A stretch of 64,000 nt of DNA from an uncultured Actinomycetota bacterium (GTDB taxonomy: Bacteria; Actinomycetota; Actinomycetes; JAFAQI01): NCBI GenBank assembly GCA_963770565.1, contig CAVYQE010000001.1, forward strand, positions 128,001 to 192,000, read 5' to 3'. Numbering within the stretch: the first letter of the stretch is position 1; the number at the start of each line of letters is the position of its first letter. Below the pieces are notes generated by a model. It searched no databases. It had not been told where the DNA came from and was given only the letters and a program-made list of their open reading frames with translations. Positions 11,328 to 24,102 of the stretch are shown one piece after another. The translations under genes and the position numbers were made by a program.

Positions 11328-13629
11328 TTATTTGCGCGATGAGCCATCGTAGCGCGAAGCGATTTCCTGAAAGCTCTTGGCTTCTGCGATGTGGCCGAGC
11401 TGGCGATGCATGGCGGCCAGATTGCCGTAGGGAATCGCCAGGGCCTTTCTGTCGAGCAGCTTGGAATCGACGGCCTTGGCCATCAGGTTGACCCCCTTTT
11501 GCGTCAGAGCCAGCGCCTTGTCGCGCTGTCCTGTCTGCCAATAGGAGATCCCCATCGCGACGAACGATTGGCCGTGCCGACCGAGGTTGGCCAACCCGTT
11601 GGGCGGCAGGGGTCGATCCAACAGCGGCATCGCCTTGTCGAACCAGACGACGGCGGCGGCATGGTCCTTTTCGCGCGTGGCATGGATCACGCCGATGTGG
11701 GCGTATAGCCGGCCGATAAGATAGAGATCCTCGGCCGTTTGCTGGCGGTGCTTGGCCCCGGCTTCGAGATACTGCAAGTCGAGCATGCTGTCGGTCAGCG
11801 AATGGTCGCTGAAGCCGGCCAGATGATCGAGTTCGCCGATATCGAACAGGGCCCGTCCCAATTCCCATTCGAGCCCCTGGCGGCGGAGCGGATCGTCGGC
11901 CGTCTCGATCAGTTTTTGGCCCTCTTCCAGCGCGTGGATCGTCCAGTCCGACGCATCCCAGCGGCCTTCGATCGCGACCCGATCGTCCAAGGCCCGGCGC
12001 ACGACGCGCAGCCGCAACGCCGGATCGGCCCCTTCATGTTGGATCAAATCCTTGGCCAGCTCATCGGCGCGGGTGATCCAGCGGGCGGTCGTCGCCTCTT
12101 TCTGTTGCCAGACGCCGAACGCAATATCGTCGGCCGCCCCCAAATGAGCCGCCAGCATGACCCGTTTCGCCCCGCGGCGGATGGCCGAGCGATGGTCGGC
12201 CGCCAGCGGCAGAGCCGCCTTGATCGCCGACAGGTGCAATTCGATCGCCTGCGGATAGTCGTGATCGGGCCCGCTCGCCACCAGATCGGCAAGCCGATTC
12301 AATGCTTGCGCCTTGGCCAGCGGGGCGAGATCGGCCGCGGCCAGCACCCCTTTGGTGATGGCGATCGCTTCCGCATTGCGATCCAAGCGGCCGAGGATTT
12401 CGGCTTTGTCGAGCAAATAGGCCGGCCGCTTCGGGTCGAGGCGCAGCGCGGCATCGACCGATTCGAGCGCATCGCCGAAGCGTCCCATCTGCAAGAGCAA
12501 CTCGCTGCGCAGCCAATGGGCTTGCGACGATCGGGGATCGAGCGCCAGCGCGTAATCGAGGTCGCGCAGACTCCGCCGCACCTGCACGTCGCCGTTGGCC
12601 GCCGCCCGCATGATGAACGGCTGGGCGTCGATCGGCTCCAAGAGCATCTGCGTGACAAGCTGCGTGTCGGCGCGTAGCTGAACAAAATTCCCCGCTCGGG
12701 AAACGAGCGTCCCAACGGCTGGTCCGATTCGTCGAGCACGGGAACCGAAACCAACGACTCCATGTGGAGATGTTTGGCGAGCGCGTCGGGATCGAACGGC
12801 TTTTCGAGCTGCACGGCGATCGAGGCGACCTTATGCCCGGCCATCGTCACCGCGACGCGATGATAAGGCGCGATCTGATAGATCCAGCGGGCGGTTCCAT
12901 CGTGGGTCGGCGCCGCGACGCCATCCCCCCAGTGCTTGAGCAAGTCGTCCATTGTTGACGTGCCGGGCTGAATTCCCTTGAACGAAGCCGGATCGACGGC
13001 CATCGCGGGCAGCGGGGGCAAATCTTGGATTCCCTTGAACGCCAGAGCCGGCGTCGGATCGACGGCGTGCGCCGAGGTGGCGTCCGCGGAGGCTGGGTTC
13101 GAAGAGCCGCCGTTCAGCGAACCGGGGTTCGAGGAGTTCGGCGTTGGCAAGATCGGGTTCGACAAGGCCGGCGTTAGGCCCCTCGCCGCGGGCGGAGCGA
13201 CGATCGGCGGCAAGGCTCGAAGCGCTGCCGCAGGGGACATGGCCGGAGCGGACCGAGGAGCGACATCATCGGAATCGCTGGCCGCGGCCGCGGCCGCTCC
13301 CGCCTGCGGAGCAGCCGCCGCGCAGGGGGCGCCGCCGTCACCACGGGGCCGACGGTGCGCAGGGCGGGGAGCCCTTCTTGAGCTGCTGCCGCGGGCTGAA
13401 CGAGCGGCGCGGCGCCGCCCGACTCTTCCGATGAGGTTTTTGCCGTCGGCGCGGCGAGAAAGCCGAATGCCGCCGCGCAAGCGACCAGCCGCAATCCGAT
13501 CCACGAAACTCGTGCGCCGCCGCGCGCCCATGCTACTGCTTGCACGCCCGTTCCTCCTGAACTATCGCGTGGAGCACGGGCGTCTTCAGCCTCCGAGCCT
13601 GGCCATCCATGCCGGCTCCCGTGCTGCAA
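11328..13629 (-). CDS. TPR-repeat exported protein with Pro/Ala-rich N-terminus (frameshifted)
   Basis: TPR-like helices (ALALDPRSSQAHWLRSELL, AIPYGNLAAMHRQLG); upstream FKGIQPG segment in another frame. Confidence 0.65.
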
Positions 13630-13799
13630 CGAGAAAGAGACAATCCCGGCATCCGGACCGGGGAAGGCAAGCTAACGTTTGCCGCCGCTATCGTCCAGAG
13701 CAATTTGGCGAAAATCCGGCGACTCGGCGGCACCGGCGAACGGCGAACGGCGAGTGGTGGTGGGACACTGGCCAAGCGCAGCCTGCCAATGCCGGAGCG

Positions 13800-14156
13800 C
13801 GCGGCCCGCGGCCGCGAAAGGGGTCGGGAGTCGATTTCGCCCGCTGAACGATCCGTAGTGCGAACCGGCACCATGGCGAAATCGACTCCCGACCCCCTTT
13901 GGGCAACGCCCGCCGGTAGACAAGCCGGTTCTCTGACAGATACTAGCCCGACGCGCTAGCGAGGGAGTTACCCGTGGCCAGCCCTACGAGGCCGTCCAAG
14001 AACTGGCCGGGGCGAGAGACGCTCGCCGCGAAAGGGGTCGGGAGTCGATTTCGCCGCCTGAACGATCCGTAGTGCGAACCCGCATCATGGCGAAATCGAC
14101 TCCCGACCCCCTTTTGGCAACGCCCGCCGGAAGACAAGCCGGTTCTCTGACAGACA
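13800..14156. mobile_element. Two tandem MITE family A copies (~13800-13940 partial; 13988-14156), each followed by a REP1 copy
   Basis: Two arm pairs; each right end runs into ACTAGCCCGACGCGCTAGCGAGGG. Confidence 0.8.
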
Positions 14157-14230
14157 CTAGCCCGACGCGCTAGCGAGGGAGTTACCCGCGGCCAGCCCCG
14201 ACGGTCCAACTCCCTCGCTAGCGCTTCGGG

Positions 14231-15229
14231 CTAGTGTGGCGATTGATGCTTGCGGACTGAAAACCGCCTGACTTTTGCGCAGCCCCCGCCCAACAGTCCA
14301 CCCAGCACCAGCAATGCAAAGCTCGACGGCTCGGGAATCGACAATTCGGCCACGAAACCGTGGTTCACCAGCGACGTGTCCACATACTCGCCGACCACCA
14401 AGTCGCCCGAAATGCCGTAGGCTTGAGTGCCCGCCGAGTCGGGAAACGGCACATTGAGCGTTCGACCAGGTGGCCCCGTCGAACAGGAAGCCGTGATAGA
14501 TGCCCGCGGCGTCTTGATAATCGCCGACGATATTGCCGTCCGAAATGCCATACGCGGCGGTCGAGGTGCTGCCGGGAAAGTCGAGCGTCGTGTAGCTCGA
14601 GCCGTCGAACGAAAAACCGTGGAATCGATCGCCCACCAGATAATAGCCGACGATCTCGTTGCCGCTGATCCCATTGGCCACGGTCAACAGCGCGCGGGCG
14701 CCGGATCGGCGAGCGTGGTCCACTGCCCGCCGTTGTAGAGAAACCCGTTGATGCCGCTTGCGCCGCTGAAGTAACCGACGATGTTGCCCCCCGAGATGCC
14801 GTTGGCCACCGTGTGATTGCCGGCGGGATCGTCGAGCGAACTCCAATTCGCGCCGTCGTAGAGAAAGCCGTGCGTCGCCGCGGCGCCGTCGGTATAGAAT
14901 CCGACGATCTCATTGCCCGAGATTCCCAGCGTGGTGGTCGTCGCGCTGCCGGGGAAATCGAGCGGGATGAACGATGCGCCGTTGTAGAGAAAGCCGTGGC
15001 TGGCGGCGGTGGCCGAATAATAGCCCCCCACGATATTGTCGCCGGACACGCCGACCGCAAATGTCCCCTTGACGGCTTGCGGCGCGTTGAGCGACTGCGG
15101 GGCGTCGAGCGGTGCGATGAGCGTGGCGAACGTCGGCCGGGGGGCGGAGAGAATCAGCATGGCCGTTGCGAGCCCTGCCGTCAGCCAAGCGCTCGATCGT
15201 TTGGCGGTGCAAATTCGTTGGTCGTTCAT
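14231..15229 (-). CDS. PEP-CTERM exported protein with HGFLY/GISG repeats (frameshifted)
   Basis: Signal peptide; repeats GISGNEIVG.Y....HGFLY.G; C-terminal IPEPSSFALLVLGGLLGGG plus basic tail. Confidence 0.85.
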
Positions 15230-15418
15230 GAGCGGCCCCCCTCGATACAACCAGACTAATCGTCGGAATCGCGCAATGCAAGAGATGGGCGCGGATCGGC
15301 GCGGATTTGGGCAGCTGCGCGGCGATTTCGACCGGTTCGCTCGGCTGACTGGTGCCGTCGCGTCCGGGAAAGCGTAGAATGAAAGCGGAGCGGTCGCCAT
15401 GCGGCGGCCGGCGCGGCG

Positions 15419-15796
15419 ATGGAACTTGACGACGAACTCTGCCTTTGTTTTCATGTGACCCGGCGGAAGGTCGTGAACTTTCTGCGCGTGGAAAAGCCGC
15501 GCCGCGTCGGGCAGTTGAGCGAATGTTTCGGAGCGGGAACCGGCTGCGGGTGGTGCCGCCCCTTTTTGCAGCGGCTCTTCGACGCGGCTGCCGCCGGGAG
15601 TCAAATCGACTCGCCGTTGCCGACCGCCGCCGACTATGCCCGAGAGCGCGGCCGCTATGTGCGCGGCGGCGGTGGAACGCCCCCCGCAGGCGCCACGCCG
15701 ATCGCGGCGGCGGACGACGTTCGAGCCGTACGCCGGCTTGGATCGGCACGAAAGCGAGCCTCCGTAGGACGGCTCTCCCGAGCCGTCCAGACGTAG
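15419..15796 (+). CDS. BFD-like [2Fe-2S]-binding protein
   Basis: LCLCFHVT ... GAGTGCGWC cysteine pattern. Confidence 0.8.
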   Translation: MELDDELCLCFHVTRRKVVNFLRVEKPRRVGQLSECFGAGTGCGWCRPFLQRLFDAAAAGSQIDSPLPTAADYARERGRYVRGGGGTPPAGATPIAAADDVRAVRRLGSARKRASVGRLSRAVQT

Positions 15797-15992
15797 GACG
15801 GCTCTCCCGAGCCGTCCTACGGCATCGCCGAGGAATCGAGTCGCGACGTACTCTTCACGCTCCGCGTGAAGAATTCCTCACGCGGAGCGTGAGGAGTACG
15901 ATCCGTACGATCCGGCACGGGCGCTTTGCTCGCGCTCGGCGGCTGCGTTATTCTGGCGATAGTTCGAATGCTTCTTTCTTGGCGGCCGTCTT

Positions 15993-16930
15993 ATGGTGGC
16001 ACGACGTTCTCTCGGTTGGCCGATCACGCTGGGCGTGGTGATGATCGTGCTGTTGGTCGCCCTGACCGTCGGGTGGGTGATCGTGTCGGTGTCGGCGGCT
16101 CAAGTCGTCGATCGCCTGGCCCTATTGGACGGTGCTGGCGATCGGCACGACGTTTCTCGTGCTGGTGCTCGTCGGCGTGGTGTTCTATTTGGCGCTGTCG
16201 ATCAAGTCGTATCACCTGAACCAGCGGCAATCGAATTTCATCGACAGCGTGACGCACGAATTGAAAAGCCCGATCGCCTCGCTCAAACTGTGCCTGCAAA
16301 CGCTCAGCCGGCATCAACTCGGTGCCGAGCAGGAAGCCGATTTTCATCGCTACATGCTCGAAGACCTCCAGCGGCTCGACAACCTCATCAACCACTTGCT
16401 CGATGCGGCCCGGCTGGACCATAACCCGCTCGAGCAAGGCCTGGAAGAAGTCGATCTGGCCGCCTTGCTCAAACGTTGCGCCGAAATGACCTCGCAGCGC
16501 TATCGGCTCCCCGACGCGACGATCAAGATGCGCCTCGAGCCGGCGAATTCCCGCTCGGCCGATCGACCTGGAAATGATTTTTCGCAATCTGTTGGACAAC
16601 GCCGTGAAATACGCGGCGCCGGCGGCCGAAGTCGCCGTCGAATTGGTCCGGCCCGCCGAAGAACTCGTGCGGGTGCGGATCAGCGACAATGGTCCCGGCA
16701 TCCCCTCGAAGTTCCGCCGCAAGATTTTCGGCCGTTTCGTCCGAATCGGCAGCGAACTCGAGCGCTCGAAGCCGGGCACAGGACTGGGACTCTACATCGT
16801 CCGCACGCTGGTCAAGCGCATGCACGGCCAAGTGACCGTCCGCGGCCGCGGCGCACAAAGCGGCACCGTATTCGAAGTCGATCTCCCCACGTTCAACGGC
16901 CAAGTCGGCGCGAATGCGAATGACGAATGA
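15993..16930 (+). CDS. Membrane sensor histidine kinase (frameshifted)
   Basis: Two TM segments, H-box SVTHELKSPIAS, N-box NLLDNAVKY, DNGPGI, GTGLGL. Confidence 0.9.
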
Positions 16931-16971
16931 CGAGTGGTGGGTGCCGAATGGTGGTGGCGAGAAACGAGTCC

Positions 16972-17200
16972 GACACTAGCCCGACTCGCAAGCGAGGGAG
17001 ATCACACTAGCCCGACGCGCAAGCGAGGGAGATCACACTAGCCCGACGCGCTAGCGAGGGAGATCATACTAGCCCAACGCGCAAGCGAGGGAGTGCGCGC
17101 TCGCGCACCGCAACGAGGCGCAGCTCCCTCGCTTGCACGAGCGGGCTCGTGCTTGCGCGTCGGGCTAGTGTGGCGCGTCGGGCTAGTGTGGCGCGTCGGG
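16972..17200. repeat. REP1 cluster: four direct ~31-bp copies followed by inverted copies
   Basis: ACACTAGCCCGACGCGC(A/T)AGCGAGGG x4, then (GCGCGT)CGGGCTAGTGT copies; the family also occurs at ~633, 881, 9691-9799, 13941, 14154-14237, 27125, 34297. Confidence 0.85.
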
Positions 17201-17336
17201 GTCGCGTGGCGGCCGACGTTGGCGGAAGGCGCCCGACGAAATCGGCAACTGCCTGCGACCGGGGAATCGGCCGGTTTTTCAAGTCACGGGCTCGCACGCG
17301 GCGGCTGGAAACCACCGCTACCGCCGACCCCTGACC

Positions 17337-17780
17337 TAGGCTGTGCAAAATGAGACTGTCGACCGCATCCGATTTTATGCCGTTTTTGTTCCGTCGAGCG
17401 CACCGCGCAACGATCGTTAGCCGGTTCGCTTGCGAAAGGACGGCAGGAGATCGAGGAACCCGGTAGGGTTCCCAGACATTAGCCGGTGGTTGAGGCCGTC
17501 AGGCCGATACCACCGGTCGTGAAATCGAATAATCCGTTTTGCACCCCGATAGGGGTGCCGGCGCTCTGCGACCCCTACCGGGGTCGAAGAAAAGTTTTCG
17601 CGTTCCGGTGCCGGCGGTGTCGGCCTGCGGCCTCAACCGCCGGCTCATGTCTGCCATCCCTATCGGGATGAATTTCATGCCACCTCGGAATCGGAATTGT
17701 GCGAGTACGTGGGCGGAACAAAAACCGACCAAAACACGAACTCGAATTCCACCTCGAAACCGCACAGATTGCACAGCCTA
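17337..17780. mobile_element. MITE family B copy 1 (444 bp), 9-bp TSD CCCCTGACC
   Basis: Ends TAGGCTGTGCAA / TTGCACAGCCTA; identical 9-mers at 17328-17336 and 17781-17789. Confidence 0.9.
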
Positions 17781-17846
17781 CCCCTGACCCCCGATCCCCG
17801 ACCCCCCGACCCCCGACCCCTGACCCCCGACCCCTGCCCTTGGCGA

Positions 17847-19858
17847 TCAACCGCCTCGGGCCGAGCCGGCTCGAACTGCGGCGGCGCCCCCATGAGCATC
17901 GTAGCTGCCGTGGCCGGCGGCGCCGGGCCGTTGCGGCTCGTGGACGGTGCCGGCGAGGATGTTGTCGATGTGCGACTCCGCGCGGAGCCGATCGAATTCT
18001 TGGGCCATGGCGGCGCGGATTTTCTTTTCGTGAATGTCGTCGTACAACAGATCTTTCACGTCGGCCATTTCGACTTTTTCCGGCTCGGTATAGCCTTCGC
18101 AATAAAGAATCAGCGATTTATCGCCGATGGCGATGATCCCCGACATTTCGCCCGGCTTGAGTTTGAAAGCTTCGTTCTCGAGTTCGGGCATGCCGCCGTA
18201 GCGTTGAATCGGAGGCACGCGGCCTTGCAACGTCCGGCTGGGATCGATCGAGTATTGCTCGGCCAGGCGGCCGAAGAAATTCGGATCGGGGTGCTGTTTT
18301 TGCAATTCGCCGCGGGCCAAATCCCAGACTTCCTGCGCCTTGCGCTCGTTCGCCAGCATGATCACCCGGCATTCGCACCCGCGGACCATAGTTGGCCACG
18401 AAGCCCCGCTGCATGTCTTGCTGCGTGACCGGCACGTCGCCGACGAGCTTCTTCAGCGCCACCGACGGCCAAACGGCGTCGCGGTAATACATGTCCTCGG
18501 TGATCCCCTGGTCTTTCGCGACCGTGGCGATCCAGCCGCGGATGTCGGGACGATTCTGCTTGTCGAACTTTGCCCATGGCCTTGGCGGCGCGGGCGACTT
18601 CGGCATTGAGATCGGCGTCGGTAACGGTGAGCTTCTTGCGGCGCAGCCCTTGCTCGAGCAAGCGGCGGTTGATCGTTCCCTCGAGCACCTCGGTCCCATG
18701 CCGATCGATGCATTCTTCGGCCAACTCGCGGAGCGTGATCGCCCGATTGTTTACGATCGCGGCCACGCCCGGCATTTCCCGGCTTGCGCTCGGGGTCGTT
18801 GAACACGTTTTGCACGACCGCTTTCTCCTGCAGCCGTTTGAAAACGTCGGCGGCCGCGGCATGCAGCTTGCGATCGCGAATCGATTCGACCAGCTTTGTC
18901 GCGCACGTCGTCGAACTGCACGCTGGCGCCGGGCATGCGGGCATCGCACTTGAGAATCGCATAATGACCGTTGAAGGGGATCGGATCGGAAACCTGGCCC
19001 GGTTTCGCGGAGAAGGCCCATTGCTCGATCTGGGGTCGCCGACGTGCCGCCGAATCGGCGGAATCATGCCGTTGGCGCTGGCGCTGGCGTCGATCGAGTC
19101 GGTCACGGCCAGGGCCGCGAATCGGGCCGGATCGCTCTGGGCCTCGGCGGCGACCTTGTTGGCGATCGCCAATTCTTGACGATGATGATCCGGGCTCGAA
19201 CGGCCTCGCCGTATTGGGTGTCGAAGGCTTCCTGCAATTCCTCTGCCGTCGGCCGCAGCCGGTTCGCGGCGAGCTTCTTGAGGGCCAGCGTCGGCCAGAC
19301 GATGTCGTTGGCATATTGGTCCGGCGTCACGCCCCGCTCTTGCTTGAGCATCTTCATCCATTGATCGACGGTCAGGTTGAATTTGCGGGCCATTCGGTCG
19401 ATTTCGGCGTTGACTTCCTCCTTGCCGACCGCGGACATTGTGCTGCCGGCAATATTGGACGATCAGATACTTGTTGACCATCGCCTCGAGCACTTCTTTG
19501 CCGTAGTGCGCGAGGCATTCTTGGGCCAGCTCTTGGCGGCCGATTTGCTCGTTGTTCACCACGGCCACGATCTCGGCCGGTTGCGGCGTCGTGGTGGCAG
19601 TCGCTTGCCGCACGCCGCTCCGCTCGGCCGCCGGGCCGGATCGCGGGCTTCCGGCCGTGCGGGACCGCGGATCGAACGAATCGCCATGCAGACGGCGATG
19701 ACCGCGAAGGCCCCCAGCGTTATACCCACACGGCTCTTCCAACGGCTCGAGAGCAGATATGCTGCCGAGCAACATCCTTGCGAAACATCGCGGTTTCTCC
19801 ATAAACCGTCGGCAGAGCCGAGCCGAAAAAGCGCCAGCCATTCCGTGCCGTCTGGCAT
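17847..19858 (-). CDS. Parvulin-type peptidyl-prolyl isomerase, PrsA/SurA-like with two rotamase domains (many frameshifts)
   Basis: VAVVNNEQI, SIDASASANGMIPPIRRH, FGRLAEQYSIDPS, ELENEAFKLKPGEMSGII. Confidence 0.8.
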
Positions 19859-20206
19859 GACGGGGCGGGCAATATAGAAACCGTGCCCCCGAGGGTCAAG
19901 AGAAGATGAGGAGAAATACCGTAACGAATCGCTCGAGCGCGTACCTTGCGTCTCATCCTGCCTTACCGCCTGCTTTCGGCCCGTGGCGAGTATCCATTCT
20001 GTCGTGTGTGCCGGCTCGCGCGATCGGCCTCGCGCGAGCGTCCTCTTCCGCCGCGGAGAATGTAAAAACGCGACGTTCATCGAGTTACGGCCGCCTCGAC
20101 AGCCTGACACATTCGATCTTCGTTTTAATGGATACTCGCCTGGTCCATTTCCCCCTTGACACCATGCGGAAAGCCGGTGAAAAGCGAAGGCACTTGGCAA
20201 CCGATT

Positions 20207-21108
20207 TCAAGCCGCGGTCGTCGCGCCGCCCAATTGACTGAGCACTTCGCCGGTAACGAAGCTCGAATCGGCGTCGGACGCGAAAAAGACATAAGCCGGA
20301 GCCATCTCTTCGGGCTGGGCCGGCCTCCCCAGCGGAGTCTTCATTCCGAATTCCGCCACCTTGCTTTCCGGAAGGCCCGGGTCCGAGACATTCAAGGGCG
20401 TCCAGACTGGTCCCGGAGCAATCGCGTTGACGCGAATCCCCTTGTCGAGCAAGTTTTGGGCCAGCGCTTTCACAAAAGCATTGATGGCCCCTTTCGTCGA
20501 AGAATAGTCGAGCAGCGAGACGCGATCCCTCCAAGCCGGTAATGGAACTTGTGGCGATGATGGCCGCGCCCGGCTTGAGATGCGGAATTGCCGCCCGTGC
20601 CAACCGAAAGAATGCACCGATATTCGTCGCGAACGTCCGCTCCCATTCTTCATCGGTGATCTCTTCGAGGCTAGGCTTCCGGGATTGATGGGCCGCATTA
20701 TTCACCAAAATGTCCAACGAACCAAATTCGGCGAGCGTCCTCTCGACGGCTTGATCGCAAAATTCCGCGTCGGTCAGAGTCGCCCGGCAGCAGCAAGCAT
20801 TGCCGTCCCTAGCCCCTCGATGACTTTTTGCGTTTCTTCCGGCGTCGGACTGCTCCTCCGGCAAATAGACGATGGCCACGTCGGCGCCTTCGCGGGCATA
20901 GATCACGGCCACGGCACGGCCGATGCCCGAGTCTCCGCCGGTGATCAAGGCGTGTTTTCCCGCCAGCTTGTCGGCAGGGCGATAGTGCGGCGCTGATAAT
21001 TCGGCCGAGGATCCATATCGCTCCTCAAGCCAGGCTGTTTTGGTGCTGCTTCGGAAACGGGCCTTTCGGCTCGTTTTTCACTTGCGGCTTCGAGCGGGTC
21101 GTGGGCAT
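20207..21108 (-). CDS. SDR oxidoreductase, YghA/general stress protein 39-like (frameshifted)
   Basis: ITGGDSGIGRAV, LVNNAA, LLDYSSTKGAI, VNAIAPGPVWTPL, GRPAQPEE. Confidence 0.9.
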
Positions 21109-21380
21109 GGCGGCGACTCCCTGAATCGGGGCGGGTGCAGAGGAAGAAAGCATGGACGCTTGCCGGGAGTTCGTGCAAATCGAGTGCCAACCGCGGACCA
21201 GGAACCCACCCCGCCAATGAACGTCGGGCAACATGAATTTCTGGGCGAGAATCGGCGAGCGATTCGCCAGCGGCCCGCCGGGTTGACCGCTCGGCTAGAA
21301 TCCAGCGAGGGCCGAAAATCGGCCACCGAGATGGCTTGTGAACCCTCAGCGGCATCGCCTCGCTCGGAAAGGAATGCAGC

Positions 21381-21952
21381 ATGAAACCCCAATCGACAAA
21401 TTGCCGCCGGTCCGCGATTCGCTCCGCTGGAACGTCGTGATCGAATCACCCCGAAGGCTCGCCGATCAAATTCAAATTCGACAAGCAGGATGGGCTGTTG
21501 CGGCTCGACAAAATTCTTCCCGCGGGGATGACGTTTCCTTACGATTTCGGATTCATTCCCGCGACGCAGGGAGAAGACGGCGATCCTCTCGATGTCTTGT
21601 TGCTCAACGACGCTCCGACGTTTCCGGGGTGCGTGGTTCCGGCCCGGATCATCGGCGTGATCGAAGCCGAGCAGAGTCGACGGCAGCGCAGATCATTCGC
21701 AACGACCGCCTCGTCGCGGTCGTCGAGACTCGGTACAATCCGGCCCGATACAAAACGCTCGACGAGGTGGGCGACCAGCGGCTGGCGGAGATCGAGCACT
21801 TCTTCGTCGCCTACAATGAAGTCGAAGGGCGCGAGTTCAAGCCGATCGCCCGCCGCGGCGCCGAAGACGCCCACAGACTGCTGGACGAAGCCACCCGTTC
21901 GCGCGCCGCCGGAAACGGCCGCAAATCGACTCGGCGGCCCAGCCGGAAATGA
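21381..21952 (+). CDS. ppa: Family I inorganic pyrophosphatase (frameshifted)
   Basis: FPYDFGFIPATQGEDGDPLDVL, RNDRLVAV, EIEHFFVAYN. Confidence 0.85.
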
Positions 21953-21985
21953 TCGAGGACTTCCCGCGAAGAGAAGGAGCGAATC

Positions 21986-22913
21986 ATGGCGTTTGAATTG
22001 CGGTCCGACGAGTCGCTTCACAAAGGGATTCGCCGCGTCGCGCGGAAGCAATTGGACAAGGCGGTGAGGCTGGCTGACCGCCGCCGATCAAGACCCGCGA
22101 GACGAGGCCGTTCACGAAGCCCGCAAGTCGCTCAAAAAACTACGGGCCACGTCTTCGCCTGGCACGACCGGCGATCGACGACGATGTTTATCACGCCGAG
22201 AACATCTGCTTTCGCGACGCCGCGCGGCCGCTGACGGAAATTCGCGATGCGAAAATCCTGGTCGAGACGTTCGACAAGTTGCTCGATCGTTTCGCCGAGC
22301 ACGTCTCGAGCCGGTCGTTCGACGCGACGCGGGCCGCTCTCCAGGCCAATCTGCGGTCGGTCCGCCGGCGCGTTCTCGACAAGCAGAACGCATTTGCCAA
22401 CGTGGTCGCGGTCGTTCGCCGAGCCCGCGAGCGAACGGGACGCTGGTCCGATGTGCCGAATCGATCTTGGGTGGTCGTCGAGGGGATCGAGAAGGTCGAT
22501 CGGCAAGCCGCGCTCGCGCCTTCCGGGAGGCGGCCGCGGATCCCACCACCGAGAAACTGCACGAATGGCGAAAACAAGCCAAGTATCTGCGCTATCAGCT
22601 CGAGCTGGTGCGACCCCTGTGGCCCGAGCGGATGGACGAAATGATCGACGACGCTCATCGAATGACCGACGACCTGGGAGACGATCATGACGCCGCTGCA
22701 TTGCGGCAAACGCTGACCGGGAGCGGGGGATGCTTCGACGATTCGGCGGCCGAAACCTTGCTGGCCCTGATCGACCGGCGACGCTCCGAACTCCAACAAC
22801 AGGCCCTACGGCTCGGCGAGCGATTCTTCGCCGATTCGCCGGGTCACTTTGCCGGCCTGTTGAAGAGTTACTGGAAAATCTGGCGGGCCGGAGCGACCTG
22901 CCAGCCGAACTGA
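21986..22913 (+). CDS. CHAD domain protein (frameshifted)
   Basis: AVHEARKSLKKLRA, LHEWRKQAKYLRYQLEL, LGDDHD. Confidence 0.85.
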
Positions 22914-23049
22914 GTCGGGATCGACCGATCGGCCGGCCGCGGATTCCCGCCAGGTTCTTCGAGAGAACTCGAGACGGAAGTTTTGTCGCCGGCCCGCCAC
23001 GGCCGTTGCGGCGGGTGCAATCCGTGAAGATCTGCACTATGGCAAGCCG

Positions 23050-23611
23050 CTAGTTCTCCATCACTTCGGCTTCCTTGGCCTCGGCCAAGCTGCCGACCCG
23101 GCCTTCGAATTTCTTCGTCAGTTCTTGGATCTCTTCCTTGAGCGCGTCGCGGTCGTCCTCGGTGAGGATTTTGTCCTTCTGCTCCACGTCGGCCGCCTTG
23201 TTGCCGTCGCGGCGGACGTTGCGGATGGCCACTTTCGCCTCTTCCCCCAAATCCTTGATCCGCGCGACGAGCTTCCGCCGCACGTCGGTCGACAGCGGCG
23301 GGATGTTGATCCGGATCACGCGGCCGTCGTTCTGCGGGTTGAGCCCCAGATCGCTGGCGCGGATCGCCTTCTCGATGTCCTTGATCGTGCCTGGATCGAA
23401 CGGTCGAATCACGATCTGCGTCGGCTCCGGCGGCGCCGACTTGAGCCACCGCTTTGATCGGCGTTTGGGCGCCGTAAACCTCGACTCGCAACGAATCGAC
23501 CAAGCCGGGATTGGCCCGGCCGGTGCGGATACCCGCCAACGCGTGCTTGAACACGTCGACGGCTTTTTCCATCCGTTCTTCGCTATCCATCAGGATTTCG
23601 TCGGCGGACAT
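23050..23611 (-). CDS. frr: Ribosome recycling factor (frameshift ~23435)
   Basis: IRTGRANPGLVD, LGLNPQNDGRVIRI, AKVAIRNVRRD; lies after pyrH. Confidence 0.95.
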
Positions 23612-23766
23612 GGCAGTGAGCATGGAGCAGAGGGGAACGCAGAACGGGGGGAAAGGGATATGGCTGATTATGCCGTATCGGGAGCGATCGGAAAAGAGCC
23701 TCGGCCTCGATGGGATCGCGATTCAAGCAAGCCGCCATCGACGCCGCTTGCACGTCCTCCCTGCTC

Positions 23767-24059
23767 TGGGCTGTGCAATCTGTGCGGTTTCGAAGCGGAA
23801 TTCGAGTTCGTGTTTTGGTCGGTTTTTGTTCCGTCCACGTACTCGCACAATTCCGACTTCTGAGGTGGCCTGAAATTCATCCCGATAGGGATGGCAGACA
23901 TTAGCCGGCGGTTGAGACCGCAGGCCGACACCGCCGGTATCGGAACGCGAAAACTTTTCTTCGACCCCGGTAGGGGTCGCAGAGCGCTGGCACCCCTGTC
24001 GGGGTGCAAACGGGATGTTCGATTTCACGACCGGTGACAGTCTCATTTTTCACAGCCTA
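23767..24059. mobile_element. MITE family B copy 2 (293 bp), 9-bp TSD TCCC(T/C)GCTC
   Basis: Ends TGGGCTGTGCAATC / TTTTTCACAGCCTA; flanks TCCCTGCTC and TCCCCGCTC (8/9 match). Confidence 0.8.
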
Positions 24060-24102
24060 TCCCCGCTCCCCACTCCCTGCTCCCCGCTCCCTGCTCTGCT
24101 CT

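Noticed and set aside
16972-17200. 31-bp direct repeats as a CRISPR array
   Set aside because: Units abut with only ~5 constant bases between them. There are no unique spacers or cas genes, and the motif is a dispersed REP.
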